From: a virus
Reading direction: 5' to 3' (one strand)
Length of the DNA: 49,698 nt
Virus record (IMG/VR): IMGVR_UViG_3300045988_135203
Location: 1 to 49,698 of that record
This document shows, piece by piece, positions 1 to 8,410 of this stretch. Every line of letters starts with the position of its first letter. Position 1 is the first letter of the stretch. The notes beneath the pieces are model-generated. The model saw only the letters and a list, made by a program, of their open reading frames with translations, was not told where the DNA came from and did not search any database. Both the position numbers and the translations under genes were made by a program.

Positions 1-33
1 TATTTTTCCTCTCTTTCTTAACTTTGTAAAATT

Positions 34-62
34 ATTATAACATTTTAAAAATAAAAAATCAA
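34..62 (-). promoter_or_regulatory. Class A promoter (TTGATT-N17-TATAAT) reading out of the window start
   Basis: Minus strand reads CTTTATTGATTTTTTATTTTTAAAATGTTATAATAATT. Confidence 0.55.
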
Positions 63-185
63 TAAAGTAATTATAACTCGGCGGAAAATATGTCCGTATC
101 CCATATATCAAGTTTATGTTCCATTTTACCTATAACCTATAACCTAAATTTACCTTTCACGCTATAACTACTTTATTGAATTGCG

Positions 186-258
186 TGCGCCAGGCGGGAC
201 TCGAACCCGCGGTATCTTGATTAAAAGTCAAGTGCATTAGCCGCTGTGCTACTGGCGC
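186..258 (-). tRNA. tRNA-Lys (anticodon UUU)
   Basis: Minus-strand cloverleaf: acceptor GCGCCAG/CUGGCGC, T-arm GCGGGTTCGAGTCCCGC, anticodon loop CUUUUAA. Confidence 0.8.
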
Positions 259-329
259 AAATTGCGGATGACGAAACCGCAAGAACCATATGTTGTCATC
301 ATTTGGTATAGCTTATGTTTTAAGCTAAG

Positions 330-402
330 GGTGACTGGAGGGAATTGAACCCCCATATTCTCATCCACAGTGAGAAGTCTTAGCCATTAGACCACAGCCA
401 CC
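330..402 (-). tRNA. tRNA-His (anticodon GUG) with genomically encoded G-1
   Basis: Acceptor GUGGCUG/CAGUCAC, extra 5' G opposite discriminator C (bacterial-type His), D-stem GUCU/AGAC, anticodon loop CUGUGGA, T-loop GGGGGTTCAATTCCCTC. Confidence 0.8.
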
Positions 403-609
403 GTAATAGATTTTGAGGAGTTGCACCTCACTTACTCTCGTAAGAAATAAGAACAATCTAATTTATTGTTTAAAATCTATAGCAGTTCAGTTTCTGCTCT
501 ATATATTCCGTATTGCTTTCCTTCCTTTTATTAATAGTAGTCTAACGAAAAACAGCGTGAATATACTTTTATCATACTCTAACCGGTATTGAATATGAAT
601 ACTGTTAAA

Positions 610-681
610 CGAGCCAACGGGGAATCGAACCCCGACCTCTGGAGAGACAGTCCAGCACACTAGCCATTATGCTACAAGCCC
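610..681 (-). tRNA. tRNA-Asp (anticodon GUC)
   Basis: Anticodon arm CTGGA-CTGTCTC-TCCAG, T-arm CGGGGTTCGATTCCCCG. The acceptor stem has one U-U mismatch and several G-U pairs. Confidence 0.7.
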
Positions 682-792
682 TTAACAAGACAGGTTTAAT
701 TTCGCACTTAAAATCCTCAATTTTACGCTGTATTAGAATTTAAAATTTTGCAGTTCCTGTCTTTAATTTATATATTTATTATATAATATTTT

Positions 793-1098
793 TTAAATAT
801 TATCAATTAAATCTTTTCGTCCTTCCGCAATGTATTCTTGCTCTTGATTTTCAAGTTCATTGATTTTAAGCAAATCAGAATGTTTCCAATTTCTTTTTGC
901 ATAATATCTACTTTTGCGGTTTTTACTTTTTATAGAACACATAGGACATGAGCAATGAATTTTTCCTTTAGAATAACATCCATCATGGTTATAATAATCC
1001 CAACCATATTCCTTTTGACATATTCTTTTCTTTCTGCGGATATGCTTTGCTCGCTGTTTACGATAATAAGCTCTATCTCTATTAGGCAAATACATCAC
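793..1098 (-). CDS. Small basic Cys/His-rich protein (putative zinc-binding)
   Basis: 101-aa ORF with CxC...CxxC cluster and a Lys/Arg-rich composition. Confidence 0.5.
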   Translation of the reverse strand: MMYLPNRDRAYYRKQRAKHIRRKKRICQKEYGWDYYNHDGCYSKGKIHCSCPMCSIKSKNRKSRYYAKRNWKHSDLLKINELENQEQEYIAEGRKDLIDNI

Positions 1099-1203
1099 TC
1101 CTATTCTGTTTATAATTGAGGGGCCTGCTTACCCCCTCATGCAGCAGTTAGTCCCTGCTTGCCGAAGCCAGTTATTTAAGGGAACTGTTAGATTGCACCC
1201 TGA

Positions 1204-1285
1204 TGGGGGAGGTAGGACTCGAACCTACGATGTTTCTTTGTCACGGTTTTACAGACCGCTACCCTCGCCACTAGGTTACTCCCCC
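1204..1285 (-). tRNA. tRNA-Tyr (anticodon GUA), type II with long variable arm
   Basis: Acceptor GGGGGAG/CUCCCCC, anticodon arm GCGGT-CTGTAAA-ACCGT, long variable arm, T-arm GTAGGTTCGAGTCCTAC. Confidence 0.75.
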
Positions 1286-1594
1286 ATAAACATATTAAGT
1301 TGGACAGCTATCCTTTAGAAGACGATGCTTCTGGAGCCTTAATAACACCCCAAGTAGTTTACCATCTCTACAAACTACCAAAGATTAGAACAATTTTCTC
1401 GTTTTGTTCATTAACGTCAGATTTTTCAGCTACGAGGTATCTGAAACATACCTTTCATTAAATTCATCCCAAGTGAAGATTTATGCCTTCAACTTAAAGA
1501 TATAGACTGTGTACTTTAGTCTGCCATTCACTTCACTCTCTGAATGGTCAACCCGTAATCGAGGCTTCGGGCGCTACCCGTGCATGTCGATTAA

Positions 1595-1665
1595 CACGCC
1601 CTCAAGGAATCGAACCCTGATTAACCGGGTTGGAGCCGGCTGTAATACCATTATACCAAAGGCGC
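1595..1665 (-). tRNA. tRNA-Trp (anticodon CCA)
   Basis: Anticodon arm GCCGG-CTCCAAC-CCGGT, T-arm CAGGGTTCGATTCCTTG, D-loop TATAATGGTAT. Confidence 0.7.
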
Positions 1666-1900
1666 AAACATGATAGACACCACACTCTCTATCACTCTCA
1701 TACTTAGCAATGAGTTTTCTGCAACGTGGAAGCTATACTCACTTTTTGTCAAGCTAAAGAAGTACAAGTAAAAAGCTACATTTACCTACATTCAGGTGTA
1801 GTTCCCTCTTCAACTACAAAGCCAAGTCATATAAAATGTATAGACTAAACATTCTATATCTAATAAATTTAAAGACGTCCTCAATATATTAGATATATAA

Positions 1901-1971
1901 TTGCGGAGACGGGATTTGAACCCGTGTCTCTAGGTTATGAGCCTAGCAAGGAGCCACTCCTCTACTCCGCA
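1901..1971 (-). tRNA. tRNA-Met (anticodon CAU; elongator Met or Ile2-lysidine type cannot be distinguished)
   Basis: Acceptor UGCGGAG/CUCCGCA, anticodon arm CTAGG-CTCATAA-CCTAG, T-arm CACGGGTTCAAATCCCGTC. Confidence 0.7.
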
Positions 1972-2065
1972 CTATTTTCAAGACACCTTTTGTCAACCGA
2001 AATTTTATTTTGAAGGTCTATTATATTGCTGAAAAGTGTCTTTTTTATTTATTTTGTATATATAT

Positions 2066-2094
2066 ATTATATATTATTTTTTATAAAAAATCAA
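2066..2094 (-). promoter_or_regulatory. Class A promoter upstream of the tRNA cluster
   Basis: Conserved module AAATTGATTTTTTATAAAAAATAATATATAATATATAC. Confidence 0.55.
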
Positions 2095-2242
2095 TTTAAA
2101 ATTTTTAACCAAGACATTTGTAAAGGTTTTGTTTTTACGGTTACTAAACTCTTTACTCTAAACCTACCGTCAATCATCAACCCAAATGATAATCTTTTTC
2201 TTGTTAGAAAATATTTGCTGTTTAAATGTCTTTTATATACTT

Positions 2243-2271
2243 ATTATATATTATTTTTTATAAAAAATCAA
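2243..2271 (-). promoter_or_regulatory. Class A promoter (tandem with 2066-2094)
   Basis: TTGATT-N17-TATAAT with conserved AT-rich spacer. Confidence 0.55.
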
Positions 2272-2273
2272 TG

Positions 2274-2621
2274 TTAAGAAAATGACCAGCCATTTTTCTT
2301 AATAATTCTCATCATATTATCCCTACCAACAGGATTCATAGAATGAATATGAAATGTAGCATCAATTTGCCATCCATCTACATGCTGCTTTTCTTCAAGC
2401 CATTCAAGAAACTTAATATAATCTCCCCCAAACATCCGCATTTCACCCGCATCATGGTCAAGACTTACATCTCCAAGATATAAACATCTTTTTCCAGAGT
2501 AAGAAAGCTCTGTCTCCGCTGTACAAGCAATAATCGCCGCATATACACTTCTAAGCCATGTATAATCAGAAGGTGCGGGTCTCACATCATCAATCCACAG
2601 ATTTGTCTTCATACTCTCCAT
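2274..2621 (-). CDS. Hypothetical protein
   Basis: 115-aa ORF. A class A promoter lies downstream of its stop and the gene is tightly packed with 2590-2865. Confidence 0.55.
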   Translation of the reverse strand: MESMKTNLWIDDVRPAPSDYTWLRSVYAAIIACTAETELSYSGKRCLYLGDVSLDHDAGEMRMFGGDYIKFLEWLEEKQHVDGWQIDATFHIHSMNPVGRDNMMRIIKKNGWSFS

Positions 2622-2865
2622 CCTCTTTCATAACTTCAATTATACCCTGATGTATAAGATAACGTTCCCATTTTTCTGGATGCTCATTACTTCCTACTAA
2701 AGTAGTAAGCATTTCTGGGGTGTATAATCCTAAATCTCCAGGAGGATTAATACTAAATATATTTGCCGCTTTCTTTACTGCAGCTCTGAGCATTCTTACT
2801 TTTTTCTCTAAGTGAAGAATTTGTGTATACAAAACTTCTTCTCTCGTCTTGGTTAAATCACTCAT
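2590..2865 (-). CDS. Hypothetical protein
   Basis: 91-aa ORF directly preceded by a class A promoter at 2898-2926. Confidence 0.6.
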   Translation of the reverse strand: MSDLTKTREEVLYTQILHLEKKVRMLRAAVKKAANIFSINPPGDLGLYTPEMLTTLVGSNEHPEKWERYLIHQGIIEVMKEDGEYEDKSVD

Positions 2866-2897
2866 TTTTATTTACCCTCTCTTAACTTTCTATAAAT

Positions 2898-2926
2898 ATT
2901 ATATTATAATTTTTATAAAAAATCAA
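2898..2926 (-). promoter_or_regulatory. Class A promoter for 2590-2865
   Basis: TTGATT-N17-TATAAT. Confidence 0.55.
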
Positions 2927-2939
2927 TTAAGAATAAAAG

Positions 2940-3488
2940 CTACTTTTCTTTCCATTGATGGCGTCTTTGGGATTTCCAGTTTCGCTCTCTAACACGATAC
3001 CAATCATCCCACCAACCATCAGGATAATCATTTCTACTACCACGGTTAAATTCCTTAAATTCAGGATTATCATACATTGCCGCAACCTGTCTAATTTTTC
3101 GTGGGCGTGTATGTGGACCACCTTTGTGTTTATGAATTCCTTCTACTGGTTCTCTGCGGAACTCACCACGATAAGTTTTGTTTTTCTTATACCTTTTCCA
3201 CCTCTGCTCAGAAGTTTCTAGTGGAAGATTTTTATACTTCTCTACCCAAAACAAATGTGCAGATTTGTAATAAATGTGCGGGTCAATCTGACGACCATAA
3301 CCATCATAATACTGGTCATTCATGCGGTCATTAACCAGAAAACCCCAAACATCTTTACGAAAACCTCTTGCTAAGTATCCAATAAATTCTCTTTCATTTT
3401 TAGCAATGCGCTGAATAGTTAAGTGCATATAGAATTTATTAAAACTATAACAATAAATTTCTTCTTTAGGCATTTCAATATTGTACAT
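2940..3488 (-). CDS. Hypothetical basic Trp/Tyr-rich protein
   Basis: 182-aa ORF with strong coding composition. Nested antisense ORFs were discarded. Confidence 0.6.
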   Translation of the reverse strand: MYNIEMPKEEIYCYSFNKFYMHLTIQRIAKNEREFIGYLARGFRKDVWGFLVNDRMNDQYYDGYGRQIDPHIYYKSAHLFWVEKYKNLPLETSEQRWKRYKKNKTYRGEFRREPVEGIHKHKGGPHTRPRKIRQVAAMYDNPEFKEFNRGSRNDYPDGWWDDWYRVRERNWKSQRRHQWKEK

Positions 3489-3541
3489 AGTAATCTCCTT
3501 TTTAAATTAAATTATTGGATAACTACCATATATCAAACTCC

Positions 3542-3745
3542 TTATGGACGAAGTATGCCTTCATCTGTCACTTCATATACATCCAAAATCTTCGTATAAT
3601 AACCTTGGAAATTTGGATATTTTTCTTTTACAAACTGAACTGCTTTATCCGCATCTGTAGTAAGTACAAAATTACACATAGCATACGTTTTCAGCATTTC
3701 ATCATCAAGGTCAAAAATAACTTTAAAAACTTTCATATTTATCAA
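3542..3745 (-). CDS. Hypothetical small protein
   Basis: 67-aa ORF with GAGG-type RBS context. Confidence 0.45.
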   Translation of the reverse strand: MINMKVFKVIFDLDDEMLKTYAMCNFVLTTDADKAVQFVKEKYPNFQGYYTKILDVYEVTDEGILRP

Positions 3746-3752
3746 CCTCCAA

Positions 3753-3874
3753 TGCCCAGAGAAGGACTTGAACCTTCACTCTAATAATAGAAACAGATTT
3801 ACGTCGCTAAATTGCAGTATAAGTATTTTACAAAACTTTTTAGCTTCTGCCGCGTCTACTTCCGCCATCTGGGC
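3753..3874 (-). tRNA. tRNA-like gene with ~45-nt insertion in the anticodon region (intron-containing, type II or pseudo-tRNA)
   Basis: Perfect acceptor GCCCAGA/TCTGGGC and T-arm GAAGGTTCAAGTCCTTC with a 3-bp D-stem. The anticodon stem GCAGA/TCTGT is separated by an AT-rich insert, and a canonical cloverleaf is only possible if this is spliced or ignored. Confidence 0.35.
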
Positions 3875-4134
3875 TTAATGATTATTCGATTGCCAATCAG
3901 GTTATCACCCTAGAAGTTTATGGACCTCCTCTTGGTGTATAAAGTCATACTCGCGGGCATTTTTAATTTCCTCTTATCTTTTTGTCCTTTATACGCTTCC
4001 AAAACCAAGCCAGGATTTACTTGCTTTACAGAAAACATTACTTTTCCAACCCTTGCAACAAAGTCACTAACGCTCTTTTAAACACTCGAATAAGCTTCAC
4101 CTATTATATTTATAGCTAGCATATCACTATAAAA

Positions 4135-4211
4135 TCCGGATTCTGGGATTCGAACCCAGGACAAACACCGCTTATAAGGCGGCCGCTCTAACCTGACTGA
4201 GCTAAACCCGG
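4135..4211 (-). tRNA. tRNA-Ile-like (anticodon UAU), 7-nt variable loop
   Basis: Typical TAGCTCAGTCAGGTTAGAGC D-arm, anticodon arm GCCGC-CTTATAA-GCGGT, T-arm CTGGGTTCGAATCCCAG. The acceptor starts with C. Confidence 0.6.
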
Positions 4212-4261
4212 TAATTCCCCAACCGACACTAACCAATGGTCTTATGTGGGGTAGTTGTATA

Positions 4262-4338
4262 TTTTTGCGGATTTCGCCGCAAAGGGGGTGAATCGCAGGG
4301 CGCCGCGGTACGAATCTCCGCACGTATTGACTTGGTTA
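4262..4338 (-). ncRNA. Truncated tRNA-Tyr-like element (pseudo-tRNA or small structured RNA)
   Basis: Shares its 5' end GGGGGAGTAACC(A/T)AG with the tRNA-Tyr at 1204-1285 and closes with CACCCCC. It is only ~62 nt of GC-rich sequence and lacks a canonical T-arm. Confidence 0.3.
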
Positions 4339-4406
4339 CTCCCCCGTCCTGCCTCTGGAGTCGGATTTATTTTAAAACGTTCTCATTCTCATAACGTTTG
4401 GTGTTG

Positions 4407-4811
4407 TTAATTCTCTTTAGCTGACTCAGAATCTTCATTTGAATCAGTAATTTCCTTAACACTTTCCACAATATAATTAATAATATCTTCACTTGTTTTA
4501 CCAACAGCAGAAATATTATCTGGCGTCACAACCTGAGCTGCCATCATCTTGTAACAAGTAGTTTCTGAAGGAACCGCACAATATAAAACTCCTGCGGCGA
4601 AGATAGTAATAATACTTCTTTTAAGATAACCATACCATCTTGCCCTTTCTTCTTCACTCTCAAAATCACCTTCAGTTTCTACAATAACGAGTATAAGAGC
4701 GAGAACACCAGCTAAAATTACTCCACCAATAATTAAAACCATCGCAAGACCTCCTACTTTGTCAGCTAAACTGACAAAGTAGAACCAAATTGGACTAATA
4801 ATAGGCTTCAT
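4407..4811 (-). CDS. Membrane protein (2 predicted TM helices)
   Basis: 134-aa ORF with two hydrophobic stretches. Its start ATG abuts the TAA of the shifted ORF upstream (TAAATG). Confidence 0.6.
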   Translation of the reverse strand: MKPIISPIWFYFVSLADKVGGLAMVLIIGGVILAGVLALILVIVETEGDFESEEERARWYGYLKRSIITIFAAGVLYCAVPSETTCYKMMAAQVVTPDNISAVGKTSEDIINYIVESVKEITDSNEDSESAKEN

Positions 4812-4814
4812 TTA

Positions 4815-5186
4815 AAGAATCTCCTCAATGTCAAAATAATCTTTGTTCAGGTCAACAAGTCCATGAAGAGTTGTAGGTCTACTTATTCCTGGAATCTCAA
4901 TTATATCTACATCAGCGCAGTAATAATTATGACCCCAATCCTCAAGTCCATTAACTCTTAAGCGTGCTCCTTTCTTAATTGTATAAGTCTCTCCTTTGCT
5001 AAACTCCTCGAACTCAAAATCCTTAACAGCATATAAAGTTACAAGATTATAGTCAGCAAGAGTTTTAATATACTTTCCAAATTCTACTCCTGGGTAGAGG
5101 CTTCTGGAGTCATATTTGCAACCACTGGATTCGGAACTGTAGCTGCCTGATTCATCATCCCCATCATCATCATCATTGGAAAAAAA
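4815..5186 (-). CDS. ATG-less ORF continuing 5084-5920 in the -1 frame (candidate frameshift extension)
   Basis: About 124 sense codons with protein-like composition and no ATG/GTG/TTG start exactly fill the gap between 5084 and 4811. The frame opens directly after an in-frame UGA at a U_UUU_UUU heptamer. Confidence 0.35.
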
Positions 5187-5920
5187 TCATTGCCTTCGCT
5201 GCCTCCCATAAGAGCCATCATCATAAGCGGATTACTCATATCCAGACCAAAAGCATTTGTACCTGTACTATTCATTCCGCCCATAAGCATCATCATTGGA
5301 AGCATATCTTTCATATTACCAGAATTCTCTCCCAGGAACATCAGCGGAAGCAGGTTTCCAAAAGGCTGGTCAGCAGAAGCATTTGCACCGGAAAAATCAA
5401 TCAGTGTAACAATTTTGGTCACAAAATCAAAGCCAAACATAGATTTTGTTGGAAGAATCTCTTTTTTCTCACCTGCGGCAACATCTACTACATGAATGCC
5501 ATTATCTACAGATGTTACAAATACTGCATTGCCATTTGTATGACGAATAACATCACCAACATGAACATCTTTAATTGCACATGGCATTGCATAAATCATG
5601 CCTCTTGCATCAAAGTCAATGAGGTCAACATTAACAATCTCATTCTTCTTCTTATCATAGGAAACGATATCTCCAGCCGCATTTTTAAGTGCAATACCCA
5701 GATGACTCAGATGATATTTGTTAACCGGTCCAAACTCAAGATTTCCAAACATTTTCTTCATTTCCATAGATTTTTTCTCCTTTTTCTCTTTTCTTTCTAT
5801 TCTCTTTTTAATTTTATTAAGTTCTAACTCATTTTTCTTTTCTCTATATAGCTCTTCGCTGATAGACCCATTACAGGTACAGCCATATAGATTATTTACA
5901 TAATGAGGCGGTAAACTCAT
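5084..5920 (-). CDS. Protein with Lys-rich coiled-coil N-terminus and Met/Gly-rich C-terminus (zero-frame product)
   Basis: 278-aa ORF. The C-terminus carries MMMLMGG/MMMALMGG/MMMMMGMM repeats. Confidence 0.6.
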   Translation of the reverse strand: MSLPPHYVNNLYGCTCNGSISEELYREKKNELELNKIKKRIERKEKKEKKSMEMKKMFGNLEFGPVNKYHLSHLGIALKNAAGDIVSYDKKKNEIVNVDLIDFDARGMIYAMPCAIKDVHVGDVIRHTNGNAVFVTSVDNGIHVVDVAAGEKKEILPTKSMFGFDFVTKIVTLIDFSGANASADQPFGNLLPLMFLGENSGNMKDMLPMMMLMGGMNSTGTNAFGLDMSNPLMMMALMGGSEGNDFFPMMMMMGMMNQAATVPNPVVANMTPEASTQE

Positions 5921-5931
5921 AATCCATCACC

Positions 5932-6288
5932 TTATAATCCTAATTCTTCAAGGATTGGTAAGATTTTATCTTCAAACTGCGGATACAGTTTATATAAAGT
6001 CTGTCTAGCGTTCAATGGTTTGTCTGGTTTTGTGTATCTTGCACATTCCCAATCAATTACCATCTGTACAAAATCGCTATGTGTTTTTGCTTTTACAGTA
6101 TGATGTTTAGCATGATTTCTGTGAAAGTTATGTACTTTCTTATAGTCAAAGAAAGGATACAAAAATACTTTATCCAGGTCATGAAAAAGACTTCTTACTG
6201 TATTGTAGCCAAGGAGTTCTTTTTCGATTTTTCTAAAAGCTTTTCTGTGAGCTAATGTGTATTTGATTCTTTCTTTGTTTTTAATCAT
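5932..6288 (-). CDS. Hypothetical protein
   Basis: 118-aa ORF preceded by a class A-like promoter at 6346-6374 and an AGGAGAGG RBS. Confidence 0.6.
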   Translation of the reverse strand: MIKNKERIKYTLAHRKAFRKIEKELLGYNTVRSLFHDLDKVFLYPFFDYKKVHNFHRNHAKHHTVKAKTHSDFVQMVIDWECARYTKPDKPLNARQTLYKLYPQFEDKILPILEELGL

Positions 6289-6345
6289 ACTCTCTTACCT
6301 CTCCTTTTCTATTTATTTTTTATTTCTTATCTTTATTACTTATTT

Positions 6346-6374
6346 ATTATATAATATTTTTTAAAAATTATCAA
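6346..6374 (-). promoter_or_regulatory. Class A-like promoter for 5932-6288
   Basis: TTGATA-N17-TATAAT. Confidence 0.5.
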
Positions 6375-6399
6375 ATATTATACATTTTTCTGGAAAACC

Positions 6400-6525
6400 T
6401 CACTTTTCAATCACCTCATAATCAATCTCCCCAAATCTTTCCCGCAGAAAGTTTAACTCATACATATCATTAGCTACACACAGATGTTTTACTTTAAAAT
6501 CGTCTACATAATGAACTAAGAACAT
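6400..6525 (-). CDS. Small hypothetical protein (41 aa), absent from the ORF track
   Basis: ATG with GGAGG RBS 7 nt upstream. A class A promoter at 6587-6615 lies directly upstream. Confidence 0.45.
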   Translation of the reverse strand: MFLVHYVDDFKVKHLCVANDMYELNFLRERFGEIDYEVIEK

Positions 6526-6586
6526 AAGCAATACCTCCATTGATTTGAATGATTTTTAAAAGTTTTTCCATTTCATTTACAAATAT

Positions 6587-6615
6587 ATTATAAAATATTT
6601 ATAAATAAAAATCAA
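6587..6615 (-). promoter_or_regulatory. Class A promoter for 6400-6525
   Basis: TTGATT-N17-TATAAT. Confidence 0.5.
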
Positions 6616-6659
6616 TTAAGATTTTCAAGACAGCAAATTTATTTTTTAACTGCGTACTA

Positions 6660-6730
6660 TCCTTTATACTAACCTCGGATATAACCGAGGTATTGGACTC
6701 GAACCAATATTTCAGGCTTGGAGGGCAAAT
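6660..6730 (-). other. tRNA T-arm-like motif followed by a hairpin (no full cloverleaf)
   Basis: TATTGGTTCGAGTCCAATA then CCTCGGTTATATCCGAGG. Possibly a tRNA remnant or a processing or termination signal. Confidence 0.25.
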
Positions 6731-6778
6731 AAAATTTTTTCTTTTTGCTGTTTCTGTCTTTCTTTATCTTATGTATAT

Positions 6779-6807
6779 ATTATATATTATTTTTAATAAA
6801 AAATCAA
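6779..6807 (-). promoter_or_regulatory. Class A promoter (transcribes through the T-arm-like element at 6660-6730)
   Basis: AAATTGATTTTTTATTAAAAATAATATATAATATATACATAAGATAAAG, a near-consensus copy. Confidence 0.55.
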
Positions 6808-6827
6808 TTTGATTTTATGAAGCTAGT

Positions 6828-7121
6828 TTACAGATTTAACCGCGCCATAAGGTCTTCCAGATTCTTCTTCTCCTGGTCTGTAAACTCTACTGACTGCGCT
6901 GACGTTGTAGTAGGAAACGCAGAATCAGAATCCGCAGACACTGCACCTGTCTCAATCTGAATTTTTGGGCAAGTTAAAGTAATGGCAATCTGTACACGAT
7001 CTCCGCCATCGTTAGCCCATACATAAATTTTTTTCTCATGCTCACCAATAAAATTATTTCCAAAAGACTCTCTAAGCTTTTCTGTTACTTCCTGTTTTGC
7101 TACTGTTCCTCTTGCTGCCAT
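6828..7121 (-). CDS. Hypothetical protein
   Basis: 97-aa ORF whose stop overlaps the start of 7121-8410. Confidence 0.55.
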   Translation of the reverse strand: MAARGTVAKQEVTEKLRESFGNNFIGEHEKKIYVWANDGGDRVQIAITLTCPKIQIETGAVSADSDSAFPTTTSAQSVEFTDQEKKNLEDLMARLNL

Positions 7122-8410
7122 TATTTATTCTCCTCTTCTATTTTTAAAATTTTATAATCTTTAAATTTTCTTCTTATTGCGGGTAAAAAATCTTCATAGC
7201 ATTCCCCACAAACGAATGAGCCATTATAATCAAGTTGATTTCCACAGATTACACAAGATACTCTTCCACCAATGCGGAATTTAGGTACGATTCTACCAGA
7301 TTCATCAAAAACACTATTTACTGCAGTTCGATAATGAGAATTCCCCCAATACCAATGTGAAATTTCTTTTACTTTATAAGCATATTGTGGAATATAGCAA
7401 CTAGACCTTAATAAATCATTAAAGTCAAGACTACCTGGAGCATCAATAATAATGTCATTTAAAGGCACAGCTTTACTATTGATTACCATATATTTATCAT
7501 ACAATTCTTCGTCGAAAGAAGCTAAAAAATTCTCCCCATCCATTTTTAAACCAATCCTTCCAGAAATGTATTGATTGGTGAAATCAGTATATTTGCAATT
7601 TAAAGAAGGTTCAATTAACTCTTTTTTAGCTAAATTAAGTCCAACATTAGAAGTAAAAGGATATTGTCTGCCTGCAAACATAATATCCCAAGTATCAGAT
7701 AAATGAATCCAAACTCGCCACTTCTTAGAATTCCATGGAACTTCAGTAGGAAAATCTGGTAAAATATAATCTTTTTTATCCGCCCGCAGATAGCACATAA
7801 TAGTATGCTTATCTACCATATAAGATAGATTACCCGCACGAAAATCACCATCTAAAGCATGACAAGAATGCCAGCTATGACAATTCTCACTGGCTGATAA
7901 ATAGTCTAATGGATGTACTGAAAGACATAATGTTCCTGTAATTTTATCTTCCTGAATGAGCATACTTGCGGCGTTCTGTAGATTTTCAAGCTTTTTAGAA
8001 TCTTTCTCAAAAAATTTAAAGGCTTTAATAATTTTCATGCCTTTTGGAATTTTTTCTCCATCATATTCAAAGTCTTCAACGACTTTGTTTTCATAAAAAC
8101 CATCTTTCTGTATATCAATGAATCTGGCAAGGTCTGAATTGTCATGGTTACAATCAACAGAAGTTAAAAAATCTTTTACTCTTCGTATTTTTTCTTCATC
8201 TGAAAGTTCAAAAGTAACTTTTTTAGGTAATTCAATGATAAATTTACCCCCAAAAGCTTCAATAAAATCTCTTTTTGCATTGAGCCATTCTTCAAAAAGG
8301 CTGTCAGTATTTACAAACCTCTCTCCTGGAACTTTAGGAATTTCCTGCGAATAATGAATTACAAGCTCAAATTGCTCCTGGATTTTCTTAATTTCATCAT
8401 TGAATACCAT
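7121..8410 (-). CDS. Large paralog 1 of a duplicated family (HPLDY...WNSKKWR core, C-terminal CxxC zinc ribbon)
   Basis: 429-aa ORF sharing S[VI]HPLDY-x7-N-x3-W-SC-x4-DG-x-[FY]R-G and WNSKKWR with 10956-12710. The C-terminus reads CVICGN...CGEC. Confidence 0.7.
   Translation of the reverse strand: MVFNDEIKKIQEQFELVIHYSQEIPKVPGERFVNTDSLFEEWLNAKRDFIEAFGGKFIIELPKKVTFELSDEEKIRRVKDFLTSVDCNHDNSDLARFIDIQKDGFYENKVVEDFEYDGEKIPKGMKIIKAFKFFEKDSKKLENLQNAASMLIQEDKITGTLCLSVHPLDYLSASENCHSWHSCHALDGDFRAGNLSYMVDKHTIMCYLRADKKDYILPDFPTEVPWNSKKWRVWIHLSDTWDIMFAGRQYPFTSNVGLNLAKKELIEPSLNCKYTDFTNQYISGRIGLKMDGENFLASFDEELYDKYMVINSKAVPLNDIIIDAPGSLDFNDLLRSSCYIPQYAYKVKEISHWYWGNSHYRTAVNSVFDESGRIVPKFRIGGRVSCVICGNQLDYNGSFVCGECYEDFLPAIRRKFKDYKILKIEEENK

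Noticed and set aside
2026-2277. Plus-strand 83-aa ORF
   Set aside because: It lies entirely within two class A promoter repeats and AT-rich spacer, with low-complexity Ile/Phe/Tyr composition, opposite to the transcription direction.
2927-3334. Nested ORFs 2927-3121 (-), 2955-3221 (+) and 3101-3334 (+)
   Set aside because: They are fully contained in, or antisense to, the longer and better-supported ORF 2940-3488.
4078-4323. Minus-strand 81-aa ORF
   Set aside because: It overlaps tRNA-Ile (4135-4211) and the GC-rich tRNA-like element. Its Arg/Pro/Gly-rich composition reflects translated structured RNA.
5190-5903. Three plus-strand ORFs (5190-5495, 5492-5827, 5718-5903)
   Set aside because: They are antisense to 5084-5920 and low-complexity (Ile/Phe/Leu/Ser-rich), with no promoter or RBS.
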